Assembly (NCBI GenBank): GCA_040830765.1
Contig: JBFOMH010000026.1
Coordinates: 1 to 64,000, forward strand
From: Puniceicoccaceae bacterium
Lineage (GTDB): Bacteria > Verrucomicrobiota > Verrucomicrobiia > Opitutales > Oceanipulchritudinaceae
DNA: 64,000 nt
Reading direction: 5' to 3'
Within the stretch, counting starts at the first letter, position 1. The number at the start of each line of letters is the position of its first letter. Position numbers and translations under genes: made by a program. The notes beneath the pieces were generated by a model. It was given only the letters and a program-made list of their open reading frames with translations, did no database searches and was not told where the DNA came from. Shown piece by piece: positions 8,906-17,523 of this stretch.

Positions 8906-10314
8906 AACAACCGCCAGACCAGCGCCACCCCGGCACACAGCACCACCCCGATGACAATCGGCATGAAGGTGGCGACAACCGTCCATCTGGCACTCTTGGT
9001 TTCCTTGTAGATGGTGTAAATCGTCGTCGAGCAGGGGTTGTGGCAGAGGCTGAAGAGCATCAGGCAGACGGCGGTGAGGGTGGTCCAGCCCCCGGCGAGC
9101 AGGATCTGCCGGAGCACGGAACTTTCATCCGTCTCAAACATGACCCCCGCTCCCTGTTCGCCGACACCGGTGAGGCCGGTCATGTGGACGGTCAGCATGA
9201 GGATCGTTGGGATGACAATCTCATTCGCCGGAATGGCCACGATGTAGGCAACGAGGATCACCCCGGTCAGTCCGAGCAGCCAGGCAACGGGGTCCAGTCC
9301 TGTGACCATCCACCAGGCGATGGAGTGATTGGAAATCTGGATGTTGGAAATGAGCCAGATCGCCGCCCCGGCGGGCACGGCAAAGACGATGGCCCGCCAA
9401 AGGACGAAAAGCGTCCGGTCGATCAGTGAAGTGTAGAGTGTCCTGAGAATCTTTGGTGGCCGATAGGGCGGCAACTCGAGGCTGAAGGCGGAGGCCTCCC
9501 CCTTGAGGACCGTCCGGCTGAGAACCCATGAAGAAAGAAAGGCTAACGCGAATCCCAGTCCGGCCACCGATACGACCGCCAGGGCAGCAGTGAAGGAGGC
9601 GAGGGCAGGCGGAACCAAGGCACCGAGGAAGATGACCGCGACCATGATCTGGGTCGGCCAGCGTCCATTGCAGAGGGAAAAATTGTTGGTGATGATGGCA
9701 ATCAGCCTCTCCCGGGGAGAGTCGATGACCCGTGCGGCAATGACGCCTGCTGCGTTACAGCCCAGTCCCATGGTCATGGTCAGGGATTGTTTGCCATGGG
9801 CACCGGCCTTCTGGAAGAGGTGATCCATGTTGAAGGCTACCCGGGGTAGGTAGCCCAAGTCCTCCAGCAAGGTAAAGAGCGGAAAGAAGATGGCCATCGG
9901 TGGAAGCATGACGCTGATCACCCACCCGCAGGTCAGGTAGATGCCGTCAATGAGGAAACCGCTGAGCCAGCTCCACATGCCGATGTCGCTGGCCAGGTCC
10001 TTGAGCAGGCTGTGGCCGTTTTCAATCAACAGGGTATAGAGCATCCCGGAAGGAACATTGGCCCCGGCGATGGTCATCCACAGCACGATCGTGAAGATGA
10101 TAGCCATGAGTGGAAACCCGGTCAAAGGGTTGGTCAGGAGGCGATCGACTGTCCGTTGCAGGGCCATCCGTTTGGACGTTCCGGCCCGGAAGGTCCGCTT
10201 CGAGGCAATGCGGTTGGCCTCACCATAGACGGACTCGCTGAGCCGGTCATGGAAGTTACGGGGGAGATTCCAGCGCAGGGTCTCCACTTTTCTCAATAAA
10301 TCTGATCCTGTCAT
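8902..10314 (-). CDS. feoB: FeoB membrane (gate/nucleoside-recognition) subunit, encoded separately from the GTPase
   Basis: LLEDLGYLPRVAFNMD, GLGCNAAG, SPRERLIAI, CNGRWP, FSLELPPYRPP and HNPCSTT motifs. ATGA overlap with the upstream GTPase gene. Confidence 0.9.
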   Translation of the reverse strand: MTGSDLLRKVETLRWNLPRNFHDRLSESVYGEANRIASKRTFRAGTSKRMALQRTVDRLLTNPLTGFPLMAIIFTIVLWMTIAGANVPSGMLYTLLIENGHSLLKDLASDIGMWSWLSGFLIDGIYLTCGWVISVMLPPMAIFFPLFTLLEDLGYLPRVAFNMDHLFQKAGAHGKQSLTMTMGLGCNAAGVIAARVIDSPRERLIAIITNNFSLCNGRWPTQIMVAVIFLGALVPPALASFTAALAVVSVAGLGFALAFLSSWVLSRTVLKGEASAFSLELPPYRPPKILRTLYTSLIDRTLFVLWRAIVFAVPAGAAIWLISNIQISNHSIAWWMVTGLDPVAWLLGLTGVILVAYIVAIPANEIVIPTILMLTVHMTGLTGVGEQGAGVMFETDESSVLRQILLAGGWTTLTAVCLMLFSLCHNPCSTTIYTIYKETKSARWTVVATFMPIVIGVVLCAGVALVWRLF

Positions 10315-11117
10315 GATGCTGTCGCTACATGGGTTGCATGGGGATCCTCGGCCAGTTCACCTAGCGTGCCGGTAGAGATCGCCTCGAGGAAAGTGGCGTC
10401 TCCGTCAAGAACCTGCAGGGCGATCCATTCCGGATTGGGAACATCCGGGTAGAGGGAACGGATGTCAGCGGCCACGGCCGCAACGGCTCCGGTCAGGCCG
10501 GGGACGTCCAGTTCCAGCTTGGGGGGATTACAGGTGAATGTGCCGGTGGCGACCTCCCGGACGGCATTCAACATGTCCTGGATGCCTTCACCGTTGCGGG
10601 CCACGCAAGGAATAACAGGGACCCCGAGATCCGCTGCCAGTCCCCTGTGGTCAACTTCGATTCCATGTGCCTTGGCCTCGTCCATGAGATTCAGGCAAAT
10701 GACGACCCGGTTGGAGATCTGCAGGATCTGCATGGCCAGGTTGAGGTTGCGTTCGAGACTGGTCGCATCAACGACGATGACCACCACATCGGGTTGACCA
10801 AATAGGACGAAATCCCGGGCAATGCGTTCATCCGTGGAGGTCGACAGGAGCGAATAGGTGCCGGGCAGGTCGACCAGCTTGTAGCGCTTCTTGTCGAGTG
10901 AGAACCCACCCTCGGCGCGCGCGACCGTCTTTCCCGGCCAATTTCCGGTGTGCTGCCGCAGGCCGGTCAGCTGGTTGAAGACCGTGCTCTTGCCGGTATT
11001 CGGATTACCCGCAAGGGCGACTACGTAATCCCAGCCGCTCATCCGGATACCCAGCTTTTCAAGGACGGGAATCCGCGCGCTGCAGGTGTCACAGGTTTCA
11101 GGTGGACAATGGCTCAT
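10311..11117 (-). CDS. feoB: FeoB small GTPase (N-terminal domain) as a stand-alone protein
   Basis: G1 GNPNTGKST, G2 TGNWPGKTV, G3 DLPGTYSL and G4 NLMDEA. N-terminal Cys motif CPPETCDTC. Confidence 0.92.
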   Translation of the reverse strand: MSHCPPETCDTCSARIPVLEKLGIRMSGWDYVVALAGNPNTGKSTVFNQLTGLRQHTGNWPGKTVARAEGGFSLDKKRYKLVDLPGTYSLLSTSTDERIARDFVLFGQPDVVVIVVDATSLERNLNLAMQILQISNRVVICLNLMDEAKAHGIEVDHRGLAADLGVPVIPCVARNGEGIQDMLNAVREVATGTFTCNPPKLELDVPGLTGAVAAVAADIRSLYPDVPNPEWIALQVLDGDATFLEAISTGTLGELAEDPHATHVATAS

Positions 11118-12052
11118 GCTTCCCTCCGGATAAAGATGTTGCGGGCCTGCTGTAGGCGGAGACCAATCGTGCTTCCCCGAAGGGAATAAGCAATAGGGCT
11201 GCCAAAGGGACTGCTGAATTCGCAGCTGACTTCACTTCCGGGAACAAGGCCAAAGTCCAGCAGTCGATGGCGCTCCGGACCCATACAGGCCGGTGATATA
11301 AAAGCGACGGTTCCCTGTTCTCCAGGTTTCAGACTGGCCAATCGCTGCAAATCATCCGGATAAATTTCATCCTCTCCCAGTGGGACAATCTCCACGTGTG
11401 AAGCCAGTCTTGCAGAAAGCTCGAGAGCTTCCCCCGCCAATTCGATGCGTATCGTTTCCGCTCCTTTTTGCAGGACCTTGATGGGCAGCTCCAAGGCCAG
11501 TCCCATGGTTGTCAGCTGTTCAAAGTCCTCTTCCGGTTCGTCTTCAATATGAGCAATGCGTACGCAGTTTCCCTCCGACACACCAGCGAGGGGTTGGTGC
11601 AGTTCTTCGTGCAGGTCATGTTCGCGTTCCGGAATGGGATCGCCATGCGGATCAAACCGTGGCCGGTTCAAGGAGTCCGCCAACTGGTTGATGCCCTCCG
11701 AACTCAGGTAATGTTCCGCCTTGTCCGCCTCCGCATGCAAGGCGTCTGTCGGCAGTCCCTCCTTGCGGGCAAGATAGGTCTCAACCAGACGGTGCGCCCG
11801 TAACAATTCCACCGCCCGTTCCCGGCCTGCTGCACTCAGGCGCCATTTGCCGCCCGCCCGCTCCAGGTGGCCAACCCGCTCCAGCAGCTCCAGCGCCAGG
11901 CCCAGCTTCATTTCCTTGCCGCTCCAACGCGGCTGCAGTTCCTCCACCGACCAGCTCTCTTCCAGCCACTTGCGGTGCGCCACCGCCTTCAGGATGTCTT
12001 CAGCCAATGTCCGGATCCCGTCCTCTCCACTCCCTTTTGTTCTTGTCAGCAT
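11114..12052 (-). CDS. DtxR/MntR-type metal-binding regulator fused to two FeoA (SH3-like) domains
   Basis: EDILKAV, RAHRLVETYL, HAEADKAEHYLS and FDPHGDPIP (DtxR dimerisation domain), followed by two FeoA-like repeats (e.g. RLLDFGLVPGSEV...SPFGSPIAY...GLR). Confidence 0.85.
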   Translation of the reverse strand: MLTRTKGSGEDGIRTLAEDILKAVAHRKWLEESWSVEELQPRWSGKEMKLGLALELLERVGHLERAGGKWRLSAAGRERAVELLRAHRLVETYLARKEGLPTDALHAEADKAEHYLSSEGINQLADSLNRPRFDPHGDPIPEREHDLHEELHQPLAGVSEGNCVRIAHIEDEPEEDFEQLTTMGLALELPIKVLQKGAETIRIELAGEALELSARLASHVEIVPLGEDEIYPDDLQRLASLKPGEQGTVAFISPACMGPERHRLLDFGLVPGSEVSCEFSSPFGSPIAYSLRGSTIGLRLQQARNIFIRREA

Positions 12053-12068
12053 TGTTTCTTCCTCTTCT

Positions 12069-12086
12069 ATGTAGCCAAGGCTACAT
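12069..12086. promoter_or_regulatory. Putative MntR operator (inverted repeat ATGTAGCC-AA-GGCTACAT)
   Basis: Perfect 8-bp arms with a 2-nt spacer in the 102-bp gap between the divergent feo operon and mntR. It contains the TAGC-N4-GCTA core of the enterobacterial MntR box and lies 16 bp upstream of the DtxR-FeoA start codon. Confidence 0.7.
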
Positions 12087-12154
12087 TCAGGGCAGATAAT
12101 TTTCCTTTGAATGGAAACTTGTCAAATAGAAAGCGGAAGATTTCTTGGGAAGAG

Positions 12155-12577
12155 ATGCGAGGACGGACGGTCAGCAAAAAGGCGGCAGCGCGGCACAACC
12201 GGGTGCGGAAGCAGCACTCGGATGAGCTGGCGGAGGACTACGTGGAAGCGATTGGGGCGCTATTGGGTGAGCGGGGCCAGGCGCGGGTGACGGATTTGCA
12301 GGGAGTGTTCGGGGTATCGCATGTGTCGGTCATCCGGGCCTTGAAGCGCATTGAGGAACGAGGACTGGTTGAGCGGACCGAGGCGGGTGGTTATGAGCTG
12401 ACGAGGACTGGAAAGGCGATAGCTGAGGCTTCAGCGGAGCGACATGATCTGGTCGTACGGTTCCTTCTGGCGCTGGGGGTATCCTCCGGGCAGGCGGAGG
12501 CTGATGCCGAGGGGATGGAGCATCACCTCAGCGAAGAGAGCCTGCGGGCGATGAAAGCGTTCCTGGAGAGCCAGTAA
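12155..12577 (+). CDS. mntR: Manganese-responsive transcriptional regulator MntR
   Basis: RVRKQHSDELAEDYVEAI, FGVSHVSV, RHDLVVRFL and ADAEGMEHHLS match the E. coli-type MntR. Start moved to ATG 12155. Confidence 0.88.
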   Translation: MRGRTVSKKAAARHNRVRKQHSDELAEDYVEAIGALLGERGQARVTDLQGVFGVSHVSVIRALKRIEERGLVERTEAGGYELTRTGKAIAEASAERHDLVVRFLLALGVSSGQAEADAEGMEHHLSEESLRAMKAFLESQ

Positions 12578-12582
12578 GCGGT

Positions 12583-14151
12583 TTATCGAGGCAGGACGAG
12601 CGTTTGCAGGGCCTGACCGGGAATCTCAAGGGAGAATGAATCATCAGGCGTGTCGAGGGAGTAGGTAATTCTTTCCTCGGTGAGGTTGAAGACGGCAATG
12701 GCGATGGACCCATCCGGATTGCAAAAGGCGGTAGCCATAAAAGCATCATCATGGCCGGAGAGGCCTATCCGGACAGCGCCGGGGCGGATGAACTTGCTGA
12801 AATGGGCGATGGAGTAGAACAGGGGAGTGAAGTAGGCATGGTCCCTGCCTGAATCGACAAGCACAGGGGCGAGACAGAAGTTGTTGGCGTGATTGGGTCC
12901 ACCGCGGGTGTTGAGGATCATGTTCCAGTCAATCCAACCGACGAGGTTGTGATTCAGTCCGCCAATGAGGTCACGGGTGTAGCGGTAGAAGGCCCGATAG
13001 GGTGGGTGATGGGGCTTGTTTTCCTCCTTGGCCCAGAACATGCCCCAGTCGGTTGCCTCGGGACGCCAGTACCAGTCGTCCTCCAGCCAGGCACCGATAG
13101 GCTCGTCATTCCCGATTGAGTCGATGCAGCCTTCGGAATGGAGAATACGGGTGTCGGGGTATTTGGCCAGGACGGCATCGAGCATGTCTCCTCCAACATC
13201 GACTGTTGACTGGTACCAGTGGACGGCCATTCCGGCGACAAAAGTGGCTGCTTTCTCATCGCCAAGAATGGCATCCGCCCAGTCGAGCATGATATCCTCG
13301 CGATTCTGGTCATAGATCCAGACGGGAGTATTGAGGCCGGACTTGTGGAGCGCAGGACCCAAATGGTCGGCAATAAAGGTCCGCATCTGTTCGGGATTGA
13401 AATGCGTGCTTTCCCAGTTGGCGTCATTGCCCAGTGGCTCATTAATAGGCGTTAAAGCCCATATGGGCACACCTTCCCCGGCGTAGGCTTCAATGTACTT
13501 GACGATATAGCGGGCAAAAGCGTCGTAGAATTCCGGCTTCAGTTCACCGCCATTCCAGGTGCCATTGGTTTTCATCCATGGCGGTGCAGTCCATGGAGAG
13601 GCTAAAATCTTGAAATCGGCCCCGGGCATGCTCTGCGCTTCCTTAATCATTGGCAGAAGGTAGGTACGGTCCGGCTCAATGGAAAAGTGCTCCAGGCCGA
13701 CATCATTCGGAACCGGGGCAAAGGTGTAGTTGCGAAGGGAGAAGTCACAACTGGCGATGTGGGTCCGGGTCAGCGAAATATGGGCCCCCGATGGGGAAAA
13801 ATAGGCCGACATGACCTGCTTGCGGACCTTATCGGACAACTCCGACAGGACATAAGCGCTCGATTCCGTAAAGGAACCGCCAATTCCAATCAATGTCTGG
13901 AAGCTGGTAGAGGGATCCAGGACCAGCTTTCGAGACGGCTCATCGATGGATAAGTTATTGATATCCAATTTTTTAAGTCGATCGCCCTGGCGACTGGTCT
14001 GGTAGACCTGAAGAGTGTGAGGAGTATTCTGCGACTCCGGCGGTTTGACCTCATGCGAATCGCGATGGCTGTCGTCGCCATGTCCGGATGCCAGTAAGGA
14101 GAGGTTTAGAGACAGTATTGAGAGAAGGAGTTTCCGGGTTGTGATGTGCAT
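12583..14151 (-). CDS. Glycoside hydrolase family 30 (GH30_1-like; glucosylceramidase/beta-1,6-glucanase type), exported
   Basis: GIGGSFTES, RTHIASCDFS, ASPWTAPPWMK, acid/base INEP, HWY, nucleophile HSEGC, GWIDWN, GGPNH and HFSKFIRPGA. Signal peptide from ATG 14151. Confidence 0.92.
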   Translation of the reverse strand: MHITTRKLLLSILSLNLSLLASGHGDDSHRDSHEVKPPESQNTPHTLQVYQTSRQGDRLKKLDINNLSIDEPSRKLVLDPSTSFQTLIGIGGSFTESSAYVLSELSDKVRKQVMSAYFSPSGAHISLTRTHIASCDFSLRNYTFAPVPNDVGLEHFSIEPDRTYLLPMIKEAQSMPGADFKILASPWTAPPWMKTNGTWNGGELKPEFYDAFARYIVKYIEAYAGEGVPIWALTPINEPLGNDANWESTHFNPEQMRTFIADHLGPALHKSGLNTPVWIYDQNREDIMLDWADAILGDEKAATFVAGMAVHWYQSTVDVGGDMLDAVLAKYPDTRILHSEGCIDSIGNDEPIGAWLEDDWYWRPEATDWGMFWAKEENKPHHPPYRAFYRYTRDLIGGLNHNLVGWIDWNMILNTRGGPNHANNFCLAPVLVDSGRDHAYFTPLFYSIAHFSKFIRPGAVRIGLSGHDDAFMATAFCNPDGSIAIAVFNLTEERITYSLDTPDDSFSLEIPGQALQTLVLPR

Positions 14152-14304
14152 CGTTTTGCAGGCTGTATAATTAGGTGAATTAGGGAACTTCACGCAGTAT
14201 TACTTGACAAGAGCTATATTGGAGGCAAGAAAAATGCATTAATATGCAGGATGTTTTCAATGTAATCATCCTGATGACGTAAAAACCCTGAAAACTCCTG
14301 TAAA

Positions 14305-16044
14305 GTGAAGCTGAATTACCTGAAGAAGCGCTGGGGAACCGCGATTGCCCTGGTCTATGGAATGAGCATGGCTGGCCTGTTGGCGGTCGATCCGGAACTG
14401 ATCTGGTCGGACGAATTTGATCCGACGCCGGACGGGCTGCCGGATGCGAGCAAGTGGATTTACGACACCGGCGCGGGTGGCTGGGGCAACAATGAGCAGC
14501 AGTTCTACACGGAAGGGCGATTGGAGAATGCTCGCGTGGAGGGCGGCTTGCTGATTATCGAGGCGCGCCAGGAGCCCTGGCCTACGCGCAATCCGGTAGC
14601 GGACTACACATCGGCCCGGCTCTTGTCGAAGGGGCAGGGCGATTGGACGTATGGCCGTGTGGAAGTTAAGGCAAAGCTGCCTGCCGGGCGGGGAACCTGG
14701 CCAGCGATCTGGATGTTGCCAACTGGTAACGAGTACGGCATCTGGCCGAGAAGCGGAGAGATCGATATCATGGAGCATGTTGGTTATGACATGGGAAGGG
14801 TTCATGGCAGCCTGCATTCCCTGGCCAACAACTGGCTTACGGGCACTCAGCCGACGAGTTCGACGATGGTGGCGAATGTCGATACCGAATTTCATGAATA
14901 CACTATTGAGTGGAGTCCTTCCCTGATCCGGTTCCTGATCGACGACGTTGAATTCTACTCTTTCAGCAATCCTGAAACGGGGTGGGAAGCCTGGCCCTTC
15001 GACCAACCTTTCCATCTGATCTTAAACATTGCAGTCGGCGGCTGGTGGGGAGGCGCCCAGGGGATCGATGAGAGCATCTGGCCTGTGCGGATGGAAATTG
15101 ACTACATTCGCGTCTACAACCTGGGGGATACGGTCCCGCTGGACACGGATAACGACATGGACCCGAACGAGACGGATCCGGATGACGACGGTGACGGGCT
15201 GACCGACCTCGAAGAGCACGCCATCGGGACGAACATCCTCAAGGTCGATACCGACGGGGATGGATTCAGTGACTTTGACGAGGTTGAAGCAGGTACTTAT
15301 CCCTTGTTGGTTGGATCATTTCCCGGGTCCAATGCTAGTATCCTGATGGTCAATAATGACTTCGAATTTGGAGAAGAGCCTTGGATCATTCACACCAACC
15401 GGCTCAATTCGGGGGGTGGATGGATTGGTCAGTTGGGTTCCTGGGCGGGAGCTTACGGTATATTTGATTATGTCACGGATATCGGTGACGGAATGCTAAC
15501 CTTCGGAAACTACGCCAGGGGCGACGCACCGAATGCAGAGCACCTTCTTTATCAGGAATGGAAGCCGACCATTATCGACCTGCTTCCCGGCGACGTCATT
15601 CGCTTCCGTGGGGAGGCAATGGCAACATCAAGTGTTCCCAACTATCAAATGGAAGCCTTTATCCGCGTGCTCGACAATGGCTTCCAACCCATGCCTGGGA
15701 CCATAACCATCCCCATCGGACCGGAGATGACGGCCTTTGAACTGGAGACAACCCTTGGGGAGGAGACATTCAACGTCCTCCAGAGTGGCATTCTCATCAA
15801 GGGGCCGCAGGCAGAGACCGCGACCATCACCTTTACCGGACTGGAAACGACCTTGAACGAGGGAACGACCTGGGCCAACTGGCCTGAGGTCGAGGGAAAT
15901 GTCGATACCGGCGGCTGGATGGGCTGGCTCTTTGTGACCAACGATCCCTGGGTCTGGAGTTACAGTCTTAGCAGGTGGATATTCCTTCCTGAGGATTTTA
16001 TTGATGAAAGCGGTGGATGGGTCTACGTTCCCGGAGATTCTTGA
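14305..16044 (+). CDS. GH16 endo-beta-1,3-glucanase (laminarinase type) with TSP3-like Ca-binding repeats, a beta-sandwich module and a Trp-rich family A tail
   Basis: WSDEF, GWGNNEQQFYT, YTSARL, GTWPAIWML, catalytic EIDIMEHVG and PFHLILNIAVGG. DxDxDG repeats at about 15140-15300. Signal peptide. Confidence 0.93.
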   Translation: MKLNYLKKRWGTAIALVYGMSMAGLLAVDPELIWSDEFDPTPDGLPDASKWIYDTGAGGWGNNEQQFYTEGRLENARVEGGLLIIEARQEPWPTRNPVADYTSARLLSKGQGDWTYGRVEVKAKLPAGRGTWPAIWMLPTGNEYGIWPRSGEIDIMEHVGYDMGRVHGSLHSLANNWLTGTQPTSSTMVANVDTEFHEYTIEWSPSLIRFLIDDVEFYSFSNPETGWEAWPFDQPFHLILNIAVGGWWGGAQGIDESIWPVRMEIDYIRVYNLGDTVPLDTDNDMDPNETDPDDDGDGLTDLEEHAIGTNILKVDTDGDGFSDFDEVEAGTYPLLVGSFPGSNASILMVNNDFEFGEEPWIIHTNRLNSGGGWIGQLGSWAGAYGIFDYVTDIGDGMLTFGNYARGDAPNAEHLLYQEWKPTIIDLLPGDVIRFRGEAMATSSVPNYQMEAFIRVLDNGFQPMPGTITIPIGPEMTAFELETTLGEETFNVLQSGILIKGPQAETATITFTGLETTLNEGTTWANWPEVEGNVDTGGWMGWLFVTNDPWVWSYSLSRWIFLPEDFIDESGGWVYVPGDS

Positions 16045-16054
16045 GGACAATTAA

Positions 16055-17485
16055 ATGAGTAGTACCCAGCACCACCGGACGGCTCCTGAGGACCGTATCC
16101 CGATACCTCAGCGAGTAGCCTACGGTGTCGGTGCCCTTGTCAACAATCTGCTCGGGGCGGCCATTCCGATGATGGCGATTGTCCTCAATCTCGGGCTGGG
16201 AATGAATCCTGCCCTGGTCGGCCTGCTGATGGCTCTGCCCCGACTGACGGATGCCTTTACCGACCCGCTCATGGGTTACATATCCGACCATACCCAGAGC
16301 CGTTGGGGCCGTCGGCGTCCCTACATTTTCCTGGGTGCCATCACTGCCGGTATCCTCTTTGCCCTCCTTTGGCAGCTTCCGGCAGGATACAACGAGTCGT
16401 TCTACTTCTGGTACTTCCTGATCGGGTCGATCATCTTCTACCTAGCCTACACGGTCTTCGCCACGCCATGGGTTGCCTTTGGTTATGAGATGACGCCGGA
16501 CAGCAACGAGCGGACCCGGCTAATGGGAGTGACCTATTTTCTTGGCCAGGTGCCGTGGCTGCTGGCGCCTGGTTTTTACTGGTTAATGGAGTGGGAGTCC
16601 TTTGCTCCGGATTCGGTCGCAGGGGCCCGCAAGCTGGCCATTTTCATCGGGGTATTCGCCGTCTTTGCCGGAATAATTCCGGCCCTTCTTTGCAGGGAAC
16701 GAATGAAATCAGTCGCGGATGCCGAGCAATCCATGTTGACTGGACTGTCTTCCCATTTCCTTTCCTTCATGAAGGGCTTCCTGGCAACGATCCGGTTCGG
16801 CCCGTTCCTGAAACTCTGCATGGCGACCTTCCTTGTCTTCAATGGCTTCATGATGGTGTCGTCCTTTTCATCCTATGTGATGATCTTCTACGTCTACGGG
16901 GGCGATCGGGATGCTGGAGCCGGGTTGATGTTCTGGAATGGCTTCCTGATGACCAGCGCCACCATGGTGGTCATCCCCTTGGTGACGATGCTTTCGAGCC
17001 GTATTGGCAAGAAGACGACTTTCTATCTGGCAGTTGGGTTCTCGATTCTTGGCTACGCCTCGAAGTGGCTGCTCTACAGCCCGGTCCAGCCCTGGCTCAT
17101 CCTCTTGTCCACTCCGCTGATTGCCTGTGGCCTGGGGTGCCTCTTTACCCTCATGAATTCCATGGTGGCGGATGTTTGTGATCTTGATGAGCTGAAGACC
17201 GGTCATCGGCGGGAAGGCATGTTCGGATCCATTTTCTGGTGGGTGGTCAAGCTGGGCATTGCCCTGGCTTACTCCCTGGGTGGCGTCTTGCTGAACTACA
17301 CAGGATTCGATGAGCAACTACCGGTTCAATCAGACAACACCCTGCTCATGATGCGCTTGTTTGATATCATCGTTCCCATGGTGACGTCAGCACTGGCTAT
17401 CTGGATTCTTGCCAAATACCCGATTACGGAGGCGAGGGCACTGGAGATTCGTGCGCAGCTGGAAGAGCGCCGGGGCAAAGTCTAA
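16055..17485 (+). CDS. Glycoside-pentoside-hexuronide (GPH/MelB-like) MFS sugar transporter
   Basis: DAFTDPLMGYISD, SRWGRRRPYI, ERTRL and MVADVCDLDELKTGHRREGMF motifs, with about 12 TM segments. Confidence 0.92.
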   Translation: MSSTQHHRTAPEDRIPIPQRVAYGVGALVNNLLGAAIPMMAIVLNLGLGMNPALVGLLMALPRLTDAFTDPLMGYISDHTQSRWGRRRPYIFLGAITAGILFALLWQLPAGYNESFYFWYFLIGSIIFYLAYTVFATPWVAFGYEMTPDSNERTRLMGVTYFLGQVPWLLAPGFYWLMEWESFAPDSVAGARKLAIFIGVFAVFAGIIPALLCRERMKSVADAEQSMLTGLSSHFLSFMKGFLATIRFGPFLKLCMATFLVFNGFMMVSSFSSYVMIFYVYGGDRDAGAGLMFWNGFLMTSATMVVIPLVTMLSSRIGKKTTFYLAVGFSILGYASKWLLYSPVQPWLILLSTPLIACGLGCLFTLMNSMVADVCDLDELKTGHRREGMFGSIFWWVVKLGIALAYSLGGVLLNYTGFDEQLPVQSDNTLLMMRLFDIIVPMVTSALAIWILAKYPITEARALEIRAQLEERRGKV

Positions 17486-17523
17486 GGCATTGCCAAATGG
17501 TGGGTAAAGACCGAGCCTGAGGC

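Noticed and set aside
10311..10314. feoB as a frameshifted pseudogene
   Set aside because: Clean ATGA stop/start overlap, both halves have intact motifs, and the same coupling is used by the upstream gene.
11867..12154. N-terminal extension of the mntR ORF
   Set aside because: Overlaps the DtxR-FeoA gene and the operator. MntR similarity begins at ATG 12155.
14204..14248. TTGACA and TGCAT-N4-ATGCA in the GH30/GH16 divergent promoter as a defined promoter/operator
   Set aside because: No convincing -10 at the proper spacing, and the inverted repeat arms are only 5 bp. A similar sequence near 55224-55237 lies within coding sequence.
15140..15300. GAC/GAT-rich quasi-repeats as a CRISPR-like or tandem array
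   Set aside because: They encode DxDxDG TSP3-like Ca-binding repeats inside the GH16 CDS, with no fixed repeat-spacer periodicity.
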